This document shows positions 29,047-38,029 of a stretch of 64,000 nt of DNA, in pieces. Source of the stretch: Longimicrobiales bacterium. GTDB lineage: Bacteria > Gemmatimonadota > Gemmatimonadetes > Longimicrobiales > Gaopeijiaceae. The translations under genes were made by a program, and so were the position numbers. The notes under the pieces were generated by a model that made no database searches, had not been told where the DNA came from, and saw only the letters and a program-made list of their open reading frames with translations. The first letter of the stretch is position 1. Every line of letters starts with the position of its first letter. The stretch spans positions 3,072,001-3,136,000 of the forward strand of contig OZ242008.1 of NCBI GenBank assembly GCA_965204735.1, read 5' to 3'.

Positions 29047-29228
29047 CAGAGGATCACCGCCACGACGGTGCCGACGAACCCCACCGCCAGGAGCACGGTC
29101 CAGATGAGGGTCTTCTTGGCGAACTGGATCGCCTCGTTCTCGGCGTCCGGGGGCGCCGGCGGCACCTTGGCGGCCAGCTCGGCGTGGGTCGGACGGCCTT
29201 CGGTCGGCTGTAGGTTCTCGTCGGTCAC
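29046..29228 (-). CDS. Small single-TM protein in the oxidase operon (about 60 aa)
   Basis: GTG start; C-terminal hydrophobic helix; stop overlaps the ctaC ATG (TGATG). Confidence 0.6.
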   Translation of the reverse strand: MTDENLQPTEGRPTHAELAAKVPPAPPDAENEAIQFAKKTLIWTVLLAVGFVGTVVAVIL

Positions 29229-29244
29229 GGCGCTCGTGGCGTTC

Positions 29245-30273
29245 TCAGCGGCTGAGGGCGAAGACGTAGGCGGCGACGGCCCGCACCTGGTCGTCGGTGA
29301 GGGGCATGCCCGCGCGCGGCTGCATCTGGCCGGGGTGCTCGACGGGCTGCGGGACCCCGGTGTTGACCAGCTCCACAATCGACTGATACTCGCCGTCGAC
29401 GTTGAGCCACGCGTCGTCGGTGAGGTCCGGGGCCAAGGGTCCGCCCCCTCCGCCCTGGGTGTGGCAGGTGTAGCAGATTCCGGCGCCGTGGAAGATCGAC
29501 TGGCCTTCCTGGACCATCTCCGTGGTGACGCCGGCGGGCAGGACCGCAGGATCGACGGCCACCGGCGGCAGCGCGGCGGGCTCGGCGCCGGCGATCGCGC
29601 GCTTCGGCGGCAGGCGGCGCATCGACACGACGTAGGCGGTGACGTCCTCGACCTGTTCCTCGGTGAAGGCGGCCACGGAGGGAGTCATGAGGGCGCCCCC
29701 CACGTCGCCCGACTCGCCCCCCCGCACGCCGTCCCGGTACTTGCGGATCGACGAGGCGACGTACCAATCGCTCAGGTGCAGCAGCGACGGCGCGAACTGG
29801 GCTTGGTTTCCCCGCCCGTCCAGGCCGTGGCAGGCCGAGCAGAGGGCGGCGTACTCGTCCTCTCCCGCCTCCGCGTCTCCCTGCACCGCGCCGGTGGGCG
29901 GCGGGTCCGCCATGGGAAGGCTGGTCACGTACGCCGTGATGGCTTCGACGTCTCCCCTGGATTCGGAGAGCGAGCGCGACATGGGGCGCATCCGCAACCC
30001 CTCGACGTCCTGGTGGTGGTACCCCCGCCGGCCCTCTCGGAAGGCTGCCAGCTGCGCCTTGAGGTACCACTCGGAGGCGCCGGCAATGGCGGGGGCGCCC
30101 AGCACCTGATTGCCGGCCCCGTCCTCGCCGTGGCAGGGCGAGCAGGTGTCGAAGAGCTTCTCGCCCCGGGCCAGCTGCGGGTCGGCCTCGCCGCACGCGG
30201 CCAAGAAGATCAAGGCGACGGCATGAAGGGTCGGGGCCTGCGTGGATACGGTAGCTCGAGGCAGCCGCGTCAT
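29245..30273 (-). CDS. Trihaem c-type cytochrome lipoprotein (c4-like dihaem plus a third domain)
   Basis: CSPCH, CSACH, CYTCH; lipobox LAAC. Confidence 0.92.
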   Translation of the reverse strand: MTRLPRATVSTQAPTLHAVALIFLAACGEADPQLARGEKLFDTCSPCHGEDGAGNQVLGAPAIAGASEWYLKAQLAAFREGRRGYHHQDVEGLRMRPMSRSLSESRGDVEAITAYVTSLPMADPPPTGAVQGDAEAGEDEYAALCSACHGLDGRGNQAQFAPSLLHLSDWYVASSIRKYRDGVRGGESGDVGGALMTPSVAAFTEEQVEDVTAYVVSMRRLPPKRAIAGAEPAALPPVAVDPAVLPAGVTTEMVQEGQSIFHGAGICYTCHTQGGGGGPLAPDLTDDAWLNVDGEYQSIVELVNTGVPQPVEHPGQMQPRAGMPLTDDQVRAVAAYVFALSR

Positions 30274-30327
30274 TCGGTCGCGAAGTGGCTTCGGTGAAAG
30301 GCGCTCCAACGGTGGAGCGAACAACGA

Positions 30328-30356
30328 ATTCTACTCCAACGGGTGCGCCTGGGCAA
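30328..30356 (-). promoter_or_regulatory. Putative sigma70 promoter of the cytochrome c/oxidase operon
   Basis: Minus strand TTGCCC (30356-30351), 17 nt, TAGAAT (30333-30328). Hairpin cgctcca/tggagcg at 30302-30319 in the leader. Confidence 0.7.
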
Positions 30357-30375
30357 TAGGTCCGGCGGCGCTGGC

Positions 30376-32235
30376 TGTCGTACCAATTTAGAAATGTCCG
30401 GTCTTACCAAGATAGAAATGTCCTCTTTCGGGCGATGTTCGGCGGGAGTCGAACTCGTGCCCGGGAGAGGAGCGAATGGAGTTGAGCTTGAAGGAGCGGG
30501 ACCGGATCTCGGTGTTGAGGCAGGTGAGCGAAGGCGTGCTGGCGGCGGCCGACGGCGCGGCGCGCTTCGGGGTGACGGAGCGTCACTTCCGGCGCGTGCG
30601 CCGCCGGTTCGAGGCGGCGGGCGACGAGGTGGTCGTGCACGGGCTCCGGGGTCGGAGGTCGAACCGGTCGCTGCCGTCGGAGACGCGGGAGCAGGTGCTG
30701 GTCATGGCCAGGGACCCCGACTACGCCGACTTCGGCGCCACGTTTCTGGCGGAGCATGTCGAGCGGGAGCTGGGCGTGCGCGTCAGCGCGGAGACGCTGC
30801 GGGCATGGCGGAAGGGCGCGGGCTTGTGGCAGCGCAAGCGCAAGCGGGCGAAGCACCGGCGCCGACGTCCGCGTCGCGCCGCGCGGGGCGAGCTGCTCCA
30901 GTGGGACAGCTCGGTTCACGCCTGGCTTGAAGACCGGGGGCCGCCCGACCTCGTGCTGATCGCGCTGCACGACGACGCGACGAGCGGGTTCATGCACGGT
31001 CGCTTCGTCGAGCGCGACACGGGCGCCGCGAATCGGCGAGCGATCGTCGAGTGCCTCGAACGCCACGGCCGTCCGAGGGCGGTGTACGTGGACCACGCGG
31101 GCCACTTCGGGCAGCGCCTCGGCCCGGAGGGCAAGCGGACCCGGACGATCATCGGCACGGCGCTGGAGAAGCTGGGCGTCGAGGTGGTCCTGGCGAACTC
31201 GCCGCAGGCGAAGGGCCGGGTCGAGCGGACGTTCGGCACGGCGCAGGACCGGCTGGTCAAAGAGATGCGCTTGGCGCGAGTCACCACGCTCGAGGCGGCG
31301 AACCGCTACTTGGAGGAGCGGTGGGTTCCGTTCTGGAACGAACGCTTCACGGTGGCGCCGGCCGATCCCCTCGACGCCCATCGCCCGCTGCCTCAGGACA
31401 TCGATCTGGAAGCCCTCTTCGCCGAGACGGACACGCGGGTCGTGGCCCGCGACTTCACCGTGCGCTTCGAGAACCGCTTCTGGCAGGTCACGGCCCGCGA
31501 CGCCGAGGCGGCCGGCGTCGCGCCGGGCTCCCCCGTCGTCGTCGAACGGCGCCTCTCGGGCGAGCTGCGCTTCCGGCATCGCGGCTGCTACCTGACGCCC
31601 AAGGCCTTGGGGGCGGTCCGGTCGGCGACGCCCAAGCCGGCGCCGGCGCCCGCGACGGCCAAGCCCAGGCCCAAGCCGCCGAAGCCGGGAAGGGATCACC
31701 CGTGGCGCAAGCACTTCAGCGCCAGCGTGGCCCAGGCCGTGGCCAAGCGGGAACACCGCGCCGCCCACTCCAACGGGACCGGTCCCGAGCGGTGCAGGAC
31801 CTCGTCCTGAGCCTGCAGGCGGGGACGGCAGCTCGCACTCCCCTTCCCGCAAAGGTCGGACGCGACCGCAGTGTCGGCATCCGTGCCTCCGAGGCTTGCC
31901 GGCGCTGCGCAGGTCGCTCGGCGCACCACGACCGTCCGAGCTGGCAGGCTCAGTGCGAACTGCGAGCCATCGGGGCAGCAGTGTCCGGACCCGTCCGCGT
32001 TGGCGTCCACCCGGCCAGAGCTTGGCCACGGCGACGACCTCGACTCGCCCGGCCGCCACTGGCCTTGAAGCGCCTGGAACAGGGCGCCCGGCGCCGTCCA
32101 GCCCAGGCTTGCTGGATCCGCGTGTCCTGCGCCCGACACCTGGCCCCCGGCCTCAGGAAGAACCCACCGTCCACACCATCAGGGGGGACATTTCTACTTT
32201 GGCCAACTACCGGACATTTCTACTTTGGCTTGACA
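30376..32235 (+). mobile_element. IS1202-family insertion sequence, copy 2, 1860 bp, 17-bp target duplication
   Basis: Near-identical to copy 1; direct repeat ggtccggcggcgctggc at 30359-30375 and 32236-32252. Confidence 0.93.
30476..31810 (+). CDS. IS1202/ISNCY DDE transposase (444 aa)
   Basis: Differs from copy 1 at two residues (I/V, D/E). Confidence 0.95.
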   Translation: MELSLKERDRISVLRQVSEGVLAAADGAARFGVTERHFRRVRRRFEAAGDEVVVHGLRGRRSNRSLPSETREQVLVMARDPDYADFGATFLAEHVERELGVRVSAETLRAWRKGAGLWQRKRKRAKHRRRRPRRAARGELLQWDSSVHAWLEDRGPPDLVLIALHDDATSGFMHGRFVERDTGAANRRAIVECLERHGRPRAVYVDHAGHFGQRLGPEGKRTRTIIGTALEKLGVEVVLANSPQAKGRVERTFGTAQDRLVKEMRLARVTTLEAANRYLEERWVPFWNERFTVAPADPLDAHRPLPQDIDLEALFAETDTRVVARDFTVRFENRFWQVTARDAEAAGVAPGSPVVVERRLSGELRFRHRGCYLTPKALGAVRSATPKPAPAPATAKPRPKPPKPGRDHPWRKHFSASVAQAVAKREHRAAHSNGTGPERCRTSS

Positions 32236-32744
32236 GGTCCGGCGGCGCTGGCGGCAGTAGGTCCCGCGGCTGCGGGCGAAACCGGCGCGGCACCTTGGGA
32301 GCGTCGCGTGGTGACGACGATGGCGCCGCCCGTGAAGCCGGTTCCGAAGCGGATCGTGGCGTCCGCCGCCGTCATGAACAGGATGCGCTCGACGGTCCCG
32401 ATGGGGATTTGGGCCAAGTCGGAGCGGCTGCCCCTGGGCTGGCCGTCCACCACGACGCCCACCACCGGGTTCGGCGTGCCGGGCGTCCGCATGGGACGGA
32501 AGCGCAGCCAGTGGGGCCGCAGGATCGACACGGCCTCCATGACGTCGTCGGCGTTGAGCTCGTCCAGCTCCGCTCGCGTGATCAGGTTCCGGGTGCTGGA
32601 CGGGCCGGACTCCCGGGCGCCGACGGCGCAGGCGGCACCGAGCAGCGAGACCACGGCCAGGACCAGGGCGGCGGCGCCGGGCGCGCGGCCCGGGGGCGCG
32701 GCCCAGAGGCGGCGGCGCGCCGCGGGAACCGAGAAAGCGATCAT
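32220..32744 (-). CDS. Stand-alone TonB-plug-like lipoprotein; last codons replaced by IS sequence
   Basis: 'LITRAEL...LRPHWL...VVVDG...DATIRFGTGFTGGAIVVTT'; lipobox-like GAAC. Current stop lies inside the IS right end; the original stop is at 30331-30333. Confidence 0.8.
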   Translation of the reverse strand: MIAFSVPAARRRLWAAPPGRAPGAAALVLAVVSLLGAACAVGARESGPSSTRNLITRAELDELNADDVMEAVSILRPHWLRFRPMRTPGTPNPVVGVVVDGQPRGSRSDLAQIPIGTVERILFMTAADATIRFGTGFTGGAIVVTTRRSQGAAPVSPAAAGPTAASAAGPVKPK

Positions 32745-32778
32745 GGGCCTCGAAGGTGCCGAAGCGGGCCAAGCCGCG

Positions 32779-33534
32779 TCAAGGGAGGATGCGGACCGGG
32801 GGCGGCGGCGAACCGGGTCGCCCGACGTCGCGCCGCGCCGCCAGCCAGCCGTCGGCGTCGAGGATCGTCGAGAGTCCTTCGCCCTCCAGTGCGGCGCGGG
32901 CGTCCGCCGGGGCGTCGACCGCCACCACCCGCCTGCCCGGCACCGCCACCCGGACGGCCTCGCGCCACAGCCGCCTCCAATCCCCGCCGGCCAACACGAC
33001 TCCCTGGGCGAATCTGTCTCGGAAAGGCAGCGCGGCGCCGACCGCCATCGGGCTGATCCCAGGGGCGCCGCGGGCATCGCCGCCGGCCTCGGCGGCTCCT
33101 TCCACGCCTCCACGCGCCAGCACGACCACCTCTGCCCCGGCAACCCACCGCCTCAGCTGGGACACCCTCGCTCGAACGCCTTCCGACAGCACGAGCACGC
33201 CCGATCCTGCTGCGGCTCCCCCAAGGGCCGCGGCGATGCGAAGCTCGTAGTCGCCGGCTCGACCTCCGCCCGGCGCCCGGCCCGGGGCGGCGCCAGGAGC
33301 GGAGCGGGCGGAAGCATCGTCGCTCGGCGAGGCCGGATCGGCCCGCAGCGGACTCCTCGGCGGGGGCCGCAAGTCGGCGAACCCCCGCTCCACGGGAAAG
33401 GCGTCGCGACAGTTGGGGCACCCGAGCTCGCCTCGGCGCACCCGCCGCTCGCGCACCTCCCTGGCCAGCAGCACGAGCCCGAAGGCCGGGCCGCAGCGGG
33501 GACACGCCAAGTGGTCGACCAGCGCCACGTTCAC
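32779..33534 (-). CDS. Trm112-like Zn-ribbon protein with a degenerate methyltransferase-like C-terminus
   Basis: 'LACPRC...GELGCPNC...FPVERGFADL'; 'LPFRD', 'EAVRVAVPGRRV'. Confidence 0.7.
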   Translation of the reverse strand: MNVALVDHLACPRCGPAFGLVLLAREVRERRVRRGELGCPNCRDAFPVERGFADLRPPPRSPLRADPASPSDDASARSAPGAAPGRAPGGGRAGDYELRIAAALGGAAAGSGVLVLSEGVRARVSQLRRWVAGAEVVVLARGGVEGAAEAGGDARGAPGISPMAVGAALPFRDRFAQGVVLAGGDWRRLWREAVRVAVPGRRVVAVDAPADARAALEGEGLSTILDADGWLAARRDVGRPGSPPPPVRILP

Positions 33535-33549
33535 GCGGCCCGTCCCGCC

Positions 33550-33966
33550 TTACTTCCCCGAGTACTCGACCCAGTGGCGCGGGGTCTCCCGCAGGAGCAG
33601 CCGATCCAGGACGGCCGGCGGCGGCACCAACGGAGCGAGCCGCTCCCAGATCGCCACGACCAAGTTCTCCGTCGAGGGGACGGTCCCCTGGAGCCAGGGC
33701 ACGTCCAGGTTCAGGTTCCGGTGGTCCAGGTCGGCGACGACGTGGCGGGTCGCCAGCTCCTTCAGCTCCTTCAGGTCCATCAGGTAGCCCGTCTCCGGCG
33801 AGACGGGGCCGGTCACGGCGACCTCCAGCTCGTAGTTGTGGCCGTGCCAGTTGGGGTTGGCGCACTCGCCGAAGACGCGGCGGTTCTCCGCCTCGCTCCA
33901 CTCGGGCCGGGCCAAGCGATGGGCCGCGCTGAAGTGAAGCCGGCGAACGATGGTGACCCGTGGCAT
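33550..33966 (-). CDS. 6-pyruvoyl/6-carboxy-tetrahydropterin synthase family (PTPS/QueD)
   Basis: 'FSAAHRL', 'CANPNWHGHNY', 'LDHRNLN', 'STEN', 'ETP'. Confidence 0.93.
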   Translation of the reverse strand: MPRVTIVRRLHFSAAHRLARPEWSEAENRRVFGECANPNWHGHNYELEVAVTGPVSPETGYLMDLKELKELATRHVVADLDHRNLNLDVPWLQGTVPSTENLVVAIWERLAPLVPPPAVLDRLLLRETPRHWVEYSGK

Positions 33967-34020
33967 CCTCGGCTCCTCGGGGGTGCGCGCTTCCTGGGCG
34001 GAGATCCTCGTTGCCTACCT

Positions 34021-34064
34021 AAAGACGCGGAGGCCGACGCCCAGTCGTGGACGCCGGCCTCCGC
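34021..34064 (-). terminator. Intrinsic terminator of the putative 6S RNA
   Basis: Minus strand gcggaggccggcgtc...ggcgtcggcctccgc followed by gtcttt. Confidence 0.65.
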
Positions 34065-34215
34065 AAGTACCGGAGGCGCAGTGTTGAAGCCCGGGCTCAA
34101 CGGTTGGTGACTTTCCCGAGGCTTTCGCCTTCCCTCGCAGGGGCGTGACGTCCACTCCGGGAGGCAGTCCCGGCTCTTCCAGTGTTGGCTCAGAATGCGA
34201 GACCCTCCGGCACTT
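34065..34215 (-). ncRNA. ssrS: Probable 6S RNA
   Basis: Ends pair (aagtgccggagg/cctccggtactt); inner tgagcc/ggcttca stem borders a central bubble (aacactggaag; caccaacc); has its own promoter and terminator; no credible ORF. Confidence 0.7.
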
Positions 34216-34220
34216 CGGGA

Positions 34221-34249
34221 ATAATGAACGGTCGGGGGGCGATCCGCAA
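34221..34249 (-). promoter_or_regulatory. Putative sigma70 promoter of the 6S RNA
   Basis: TTGCGG (34249-34244), 17 nt, CATTAT (34226-34221), just upstream of the predicted RNA 5' end. Confidence 0.55.
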
Positions 34250-34339
34250 GGACGAACTTCCTCGGGGCCGCCGGACGGCCGGCCGAAGGCGCGTTCGGAC
34301 GACGGCGTCCGGCGACGGCGTCCGGGCTCGGGCCGCCCC

Positions 34340-35821
34340 TCAGTCCTTCCGTCCCGGCACGCCCGGCTCGGTCATCTCCCGCACGTCCAGCGCCTGGTCG
34401 ATCTCTTCGGGGTCCACGATCCCCATCTCCTCCACCACGTCGCGCACCGAACGGTTCTCCCGGGCCGCCTTCTTCGCCACCTCGGCCGCCTTGTCGTAGC
34501 CCACGTAGGCGTTGAGGGCCGTCGCAACGGCGGGGTTCCGCTCCAGCAGCTCCCGGGCCCGGTCGGGGCGGGCCTCGATTCCCTCGACGCAGCGGAGCGC
34601 GAACACCGACGTCGCCCCCGCCAGGACGTGGATCGACTCCAGCAGCGCGTCGGCGATGACGGGCATCATCACGTTGAGCTCGAAGTTCCCCCGCTGGCCG
34701 GCGACCGTGACCGTCGCCGCATTCCCCGTCGCCCGGGCGCACGCCATCATCAGCGCCTCGGCCATGACCGGGTTCACCTTCCCCGGCATGATGGAGCTGC
34801 CGGGCTGCACCGCGGGCAGCCTGATCTCCGCGATTCCGGAGGTGGGACCGCTGGCCAGCCAGCGGATGTCGTCGGCGATCTTCATCAGGCTCGCGGCGAC
34901 GGTGTTGAGGGCGCCGGCCAGGGAGACGCAGGCGTCCTTGGCGCCCTGGGCCTCGAAGTGGTTCTCGGCCTCGCGGAACTCGATCCCGTAGCGCGCGGAC
35001 ACGCGGGCGATGGTGCGCCGGGCGAAATCGGGATGGGTGTTGATCCCGCTGCCGGTCGCGGTGCCCCCCAGGGCCAGCTCCGCCATTTCTTCGCCCGCCC
35101 GCTCCAGGCGCTCGATCCCCTTCTCCGCCTGCCGGGCGTAGCCGCCGAACTCCTGCCCCAGGCGAACCGGGGTCGCGTCCATGAGGTGGGTCCGCCCCGA
35201 CTTGACGATTCCGTCGAACGCTCGGGCCTTCTCGGCCAAGGCGTCGCGGAGCCGGGCCAGCGCGGGAAGCAGATCATCGGCGAGGGCCGAGCGGCACGAC
35301 AGGTGAATGGCGGTGGGAATCACGTCGTTGGAGGACTGGCCGCAGTTGACGTGGTCGTTGGGATGGACCCGGCGTCCCTCGGTTCGGCGGCTTGCCAGGG
35401 CGGCGATCACCTCGTTGGCGTTCATGTTCGTGGAGGTGCCGGAACCGGTCTGGTAGACGTCCAGCGGGAAGTGGGCGTCCCACTTGCCGTCCGCCACCTC
35501 GGCCGCCGCCTCCGCTATTGCCTCGCCCAGCGCCGCCGGCAGAAACCCGAGTTCGACGTTGGTCTCGGCCGCCGCCTCCTTGAGGCGCCCCAGCGCCTTG
35601 ACGAACGGTCGGCCGAAGCGTCGGTCGCTGATGGGGAAGTTCTCGACGGCCCTCTGCGTCTGGGCGCCGTAGAGCGCGCCGGCGGGAACGCGCACCTCGC
35701 CCAGCGAGTCCTTCTCGATGCGGTGGGAATCAGCTTCGATGCGATGGGAACCGGCTTCGACGCGGTGGGAACCGGTTTCGATGCGATGGGAACCGGTTTC
35801 GATGCGATGGGAATCAGCCAT
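34340..35821 (-). CDS. fumC: Class II fumarate hydratase
   Basis: 'EKDSLGEV', 'QTGSGTSTNMNANEV', 'GRTHLMDATP', GSSIMPGKVNP. Confidence 0.96.
   Translation of the reverse strand: MADSHRIETGSHRIETGSHRVEAGSHRIEADSHRIEKDSLGEVRVPAGALYGAQTQRAVENFPISDRRFGRPFVKALGRLKEAAAETNVELGFLPAALGEAIAEAAAEVADGKWDAHFPLDVYQTGSGTSTNMNANEVIAALASRRTEGRRVHPNDHVNCGQSSNDVIPTAIHLSCRSALADDLLPALARLRDALAEKARAFDGIVKSGRTHLMDATPVRLGQEFGGYARQAEKGIERLERAGEEMAELALGGTATGSGINTHPDFARRTIARVSARYGIEFREAENHFEAQGAKDACVSLAGALNTVAASLMKIADDIRWLASGPTSGIAEIRLPAVQPGSSIMPGKVNPVMAEALMMACARATGNAATVTVAGQRGNFELNVMMPVIADALLESIHVLAGATSVFALRCVEGIEARPDRARELLERNPAVATALNAYVGYDKAAEVAKKAARENRSVRDVVEEMGIVDPEEIDQALDVREMTEPGVPGRKD
35714..35818 (-). repeat. 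5 x 21-bp coding tandem repeat at the fumC 5' end
   Basis: Encodes ADSHRIE/TGSHRIE/TGSHRVE/AGSHRIE/ADSHRIE. Confidence 0.95.
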
Positions 35822-36764
35822 GGGCCAGGAACCGTTCGGCTTCGAGGGCCGCCATGCATCCGGTCCCGGCGGCGGACACGGCCTGGCGGTAGAAGTCGTC
35901 CATGACGTCGCCCGCGGCGAACACCCCGGGGACGTTGGTCTCGGTGCGCCACGGCTTGGGCAGCCGGACGTAGCCGTTTTCCTTCAGGTCGATCTGTCCC
36001 TGGAGGAACTCGGTGTTGGGAGTGTGGCCGATCGCCACGAAGAGTCCGCCCACCTTCACCCTCGACTCCTCGCCCGTCGCGGTGTCGAGAAGGCGAAGGC
36101 CGGAGATCAGGTCGTCCCCCAGCACCTCGGCGACGGCCTTGTTCCAAAGGAAGCGGATCGACGGATGCGCCCTGGCCCGGTCCGCCATGATCCGGGAGGC
36201 CCGCAGCTCGTCCCTTCTGTGCACGACCAGGACGCGGGAAGCGAACTTGGTCATGTAGAGGGCGTCCTCCATGGCGCTGTCGCCGCCGCCCACCACGGCG
36301 ATCTCCTTGCCTCTGAAGTAGGGCAGCGCGCCGTCGCACACCGCGCACGCCGACACGCCTCCGCCGCTTCGGGCCAGCTTTTCCTCGCCCGGCACGCCCA
36401 GCCAGCGCGCGTTGGCGCCGGTGGCCACGACGACCGCCTGCGCCCGCGTCTCGCCGCCCTCCGAGGAGCGGAGGAGGAACGGGCGCCGCGAGAAGTCCAC
36501 CTCCACCACATCCTCGCTTGCGACCCGGGCGCCGAAGCGCTCCGCCTGCTTCTTGAAGTCCGTCATCATCTCGATCCCGCCGACGCCGTCCGGGAACCCC
36601 GGGTAGTTCTCCACGTCGGTGGTGAACATGAGCTGGCCGCCGGGAACCATGGTGCGGCTTACGGCGCCTTCGTAGACGATCGGGTTCAGGCTCGCGCGGG
36701 CGGCGTAGATCGCTGCGGTCCAGCCTGCGGGGCCCGAGCCGACCACGACCAGGGTCTCGCTCAT
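35814..36764 (-). CDS. trxB: Thioredoxin-disulfide reductase
   Basis: GSGPAG, 'VENYPGF', CAVCDG, GGGDSA, 'FAAGDV'; AGGAGG RBS. Confidence 0.96.
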   Translation of the reverse strand: MSETLVVVGSGPAGWTAAIYAARASLNPIVYEGAVSRTMVPGGQLMFTTDVENYPGFPDGVGGIEMMTDFKKQAERFGARVASEDVVEVDFSRRPFLLRSSEGGETRAQAVVVATGANARWLGVPGEEKLARSGGGVSACAVCDGALPYFRGKEIAVVGGGDSAMEDALYMTKFASRVLVVHRRDELRASRIMADRARAHPSIRFLWNKAVAEVLGDDLISGLRLLDTATGEESRVKVGGLFVAIGHTPNTEFLQGQIDLKENGYVRLPKPWRTETNVPGVFAAGDVMDDFYRQAVSAAGTGCMAALEAERFLAHG

Positions 36765-38029
36765 GGAGATTCCTCCTGGAAGAGGGCCGAAGCCCGGTAG
36801 CGGGCCAGCCCCCGAGCCAGAAGAAGCTTGACGCCGACCGCCAGGGGGACGCCGATCAAGAGGCCCGCGAACCCGAAGACGAAGCCTCCGAGAGAGAGGG
36901 CCAGAAGTATCCACACCGGGTGAAGGCCCACCGAATCGCCTACGATCCTGGGGCTGACGACGGCGCCCTCCAGCCCCTGGGCAACGGCGTAGACGACGGC
37001 GACCTTGATCAGCGCGACCCCGGGCTCGGGCATGACGAGGGCGATCAGCACCGCCGGGATCAGCGAGAGGATCACGCCCAGGTAGGGGACGACGCCCAGC
37101 ACGGCCACCACCGAGCCCAGGAGCAAGGAGTAGGGGATGCCGGCGACAAAAAGGCCCAGGCAAGTGATCCCGCCGACGATCAGGGCGACCAGCACTTGGC
37201 CTCGGAGGTAGCGGGAGAGGAGTGCGTCGTACTCGACGAGGAACTCCACGGCTCGGTCGCGAACCCCGGCCGGGAGCAGGGCGCCGGCCCGAGCCACGAT
37301 CTCGTCGTAGTCGCGGAGCAGGTAGAAGCCGAGCACCGGAGTCAGGACCAGGTAGCCGGCCACGGTGACCATGCTCGCGATCCCCCGGCCGAGCCCGAGC
37401 ACGGCGGCCTGGACGCCCTGGGCGATCCCGGCGAGGCGGCTCTGCAGGAAGTCGGCAACAGCTTGGCCGTCCACGGCCTTCAGGTCCAGCAACGGGAGGT
37501 CGACCCGCCCCAGGACCGTCTCCTCCAAGGCGGCCAGGACGCGGGGGGCTTCGGCCGCCATCGCCAGCGCTTGCCTGATCAAGGCCGGGACGCCCACCGC
37601 CAGCACGGCCGTCCCCGCGGCCGCGACGGGAACCGCCAGGAGCAGAATTGCGACGCTGCGGCTGATCCGGCGGAACGCCGACACTCGGTCCACCACGGGG
37701 TCCAGGGCGTAGGCCAGAACGAACGCCAGGAAGAACGGGGCCAGGAGGGAGCCGGCCGTGGAGAGCGCCCAGAGGAGCGTCAGGGCGGTGGCCAGGCCGA
37801 CGATCCAAGCGTGCCCCCGGACGCCGCGGAAGGGGATCAGAAGCCCCACCAGGACCCAGTAGAGCACGAAGGGGTTGAGGACGCTGCGCAAGCTGTAGAG
37901 GAAGAAGGCGGCGACGAGGATCAGGACCGCCGCCTGCACCGCGCGCCACGGACCGGGGCCGGGTCGGCTGCCCAGGGCTCCGCCGCCGGAAGCGCCGGGC
38001 GCGTCGCTCGCGCCGTCGCGAGTCACCAT
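36761..38029 (-). CDS. AI-2E family transporter
   Basis: 'PFFLAFVLAYALDP', 'YLRGQ', 'PYLG', 'LEG..VSPRIVG..VGLHP'. Confidence 0.9.
   Translation of the reverse strand: MVTRDGASDAPGASGGGALGSRPGPGPWRAVQAAVLILVAAFFLYSLRSVLNPFVLYWVLVGLLIPFRGVRGHAWIVGLATALTLLWALSTAGSLLAPFFLAFVLAYALDPVVDRVSAFRRISRSVAILLLAVPVAAAGTAVLAVGVPALIRQALAMAAEAPRVLAALEETVLGRVDLPLLDLKAVDGQAVADFLQSRLAGIAQGVQAAVLGLGRGIASMVTVAGYLVLTPVLGFYLLRDYDEIVARAGALLPAGVRDRAVEFLVEYDALLSRYLRGQVLVALIVGGITCLGLFVAGIPYSLLLGSVVAVLGVVPYLGVILSLIPAVLIALVMPEPGVALIKVAVVYAVAQGLEGAVVSPRIVGDSVGLHPVWILLALSLGGFVFGFAGLLIGVPLAVGVKLLLARGLARYRASALFQEESP

Noticed and set aside
35714..35818. CRISPR or ncRNA repeat
   Set aside because: Spacer-less in-frame coding repeat of fumC.
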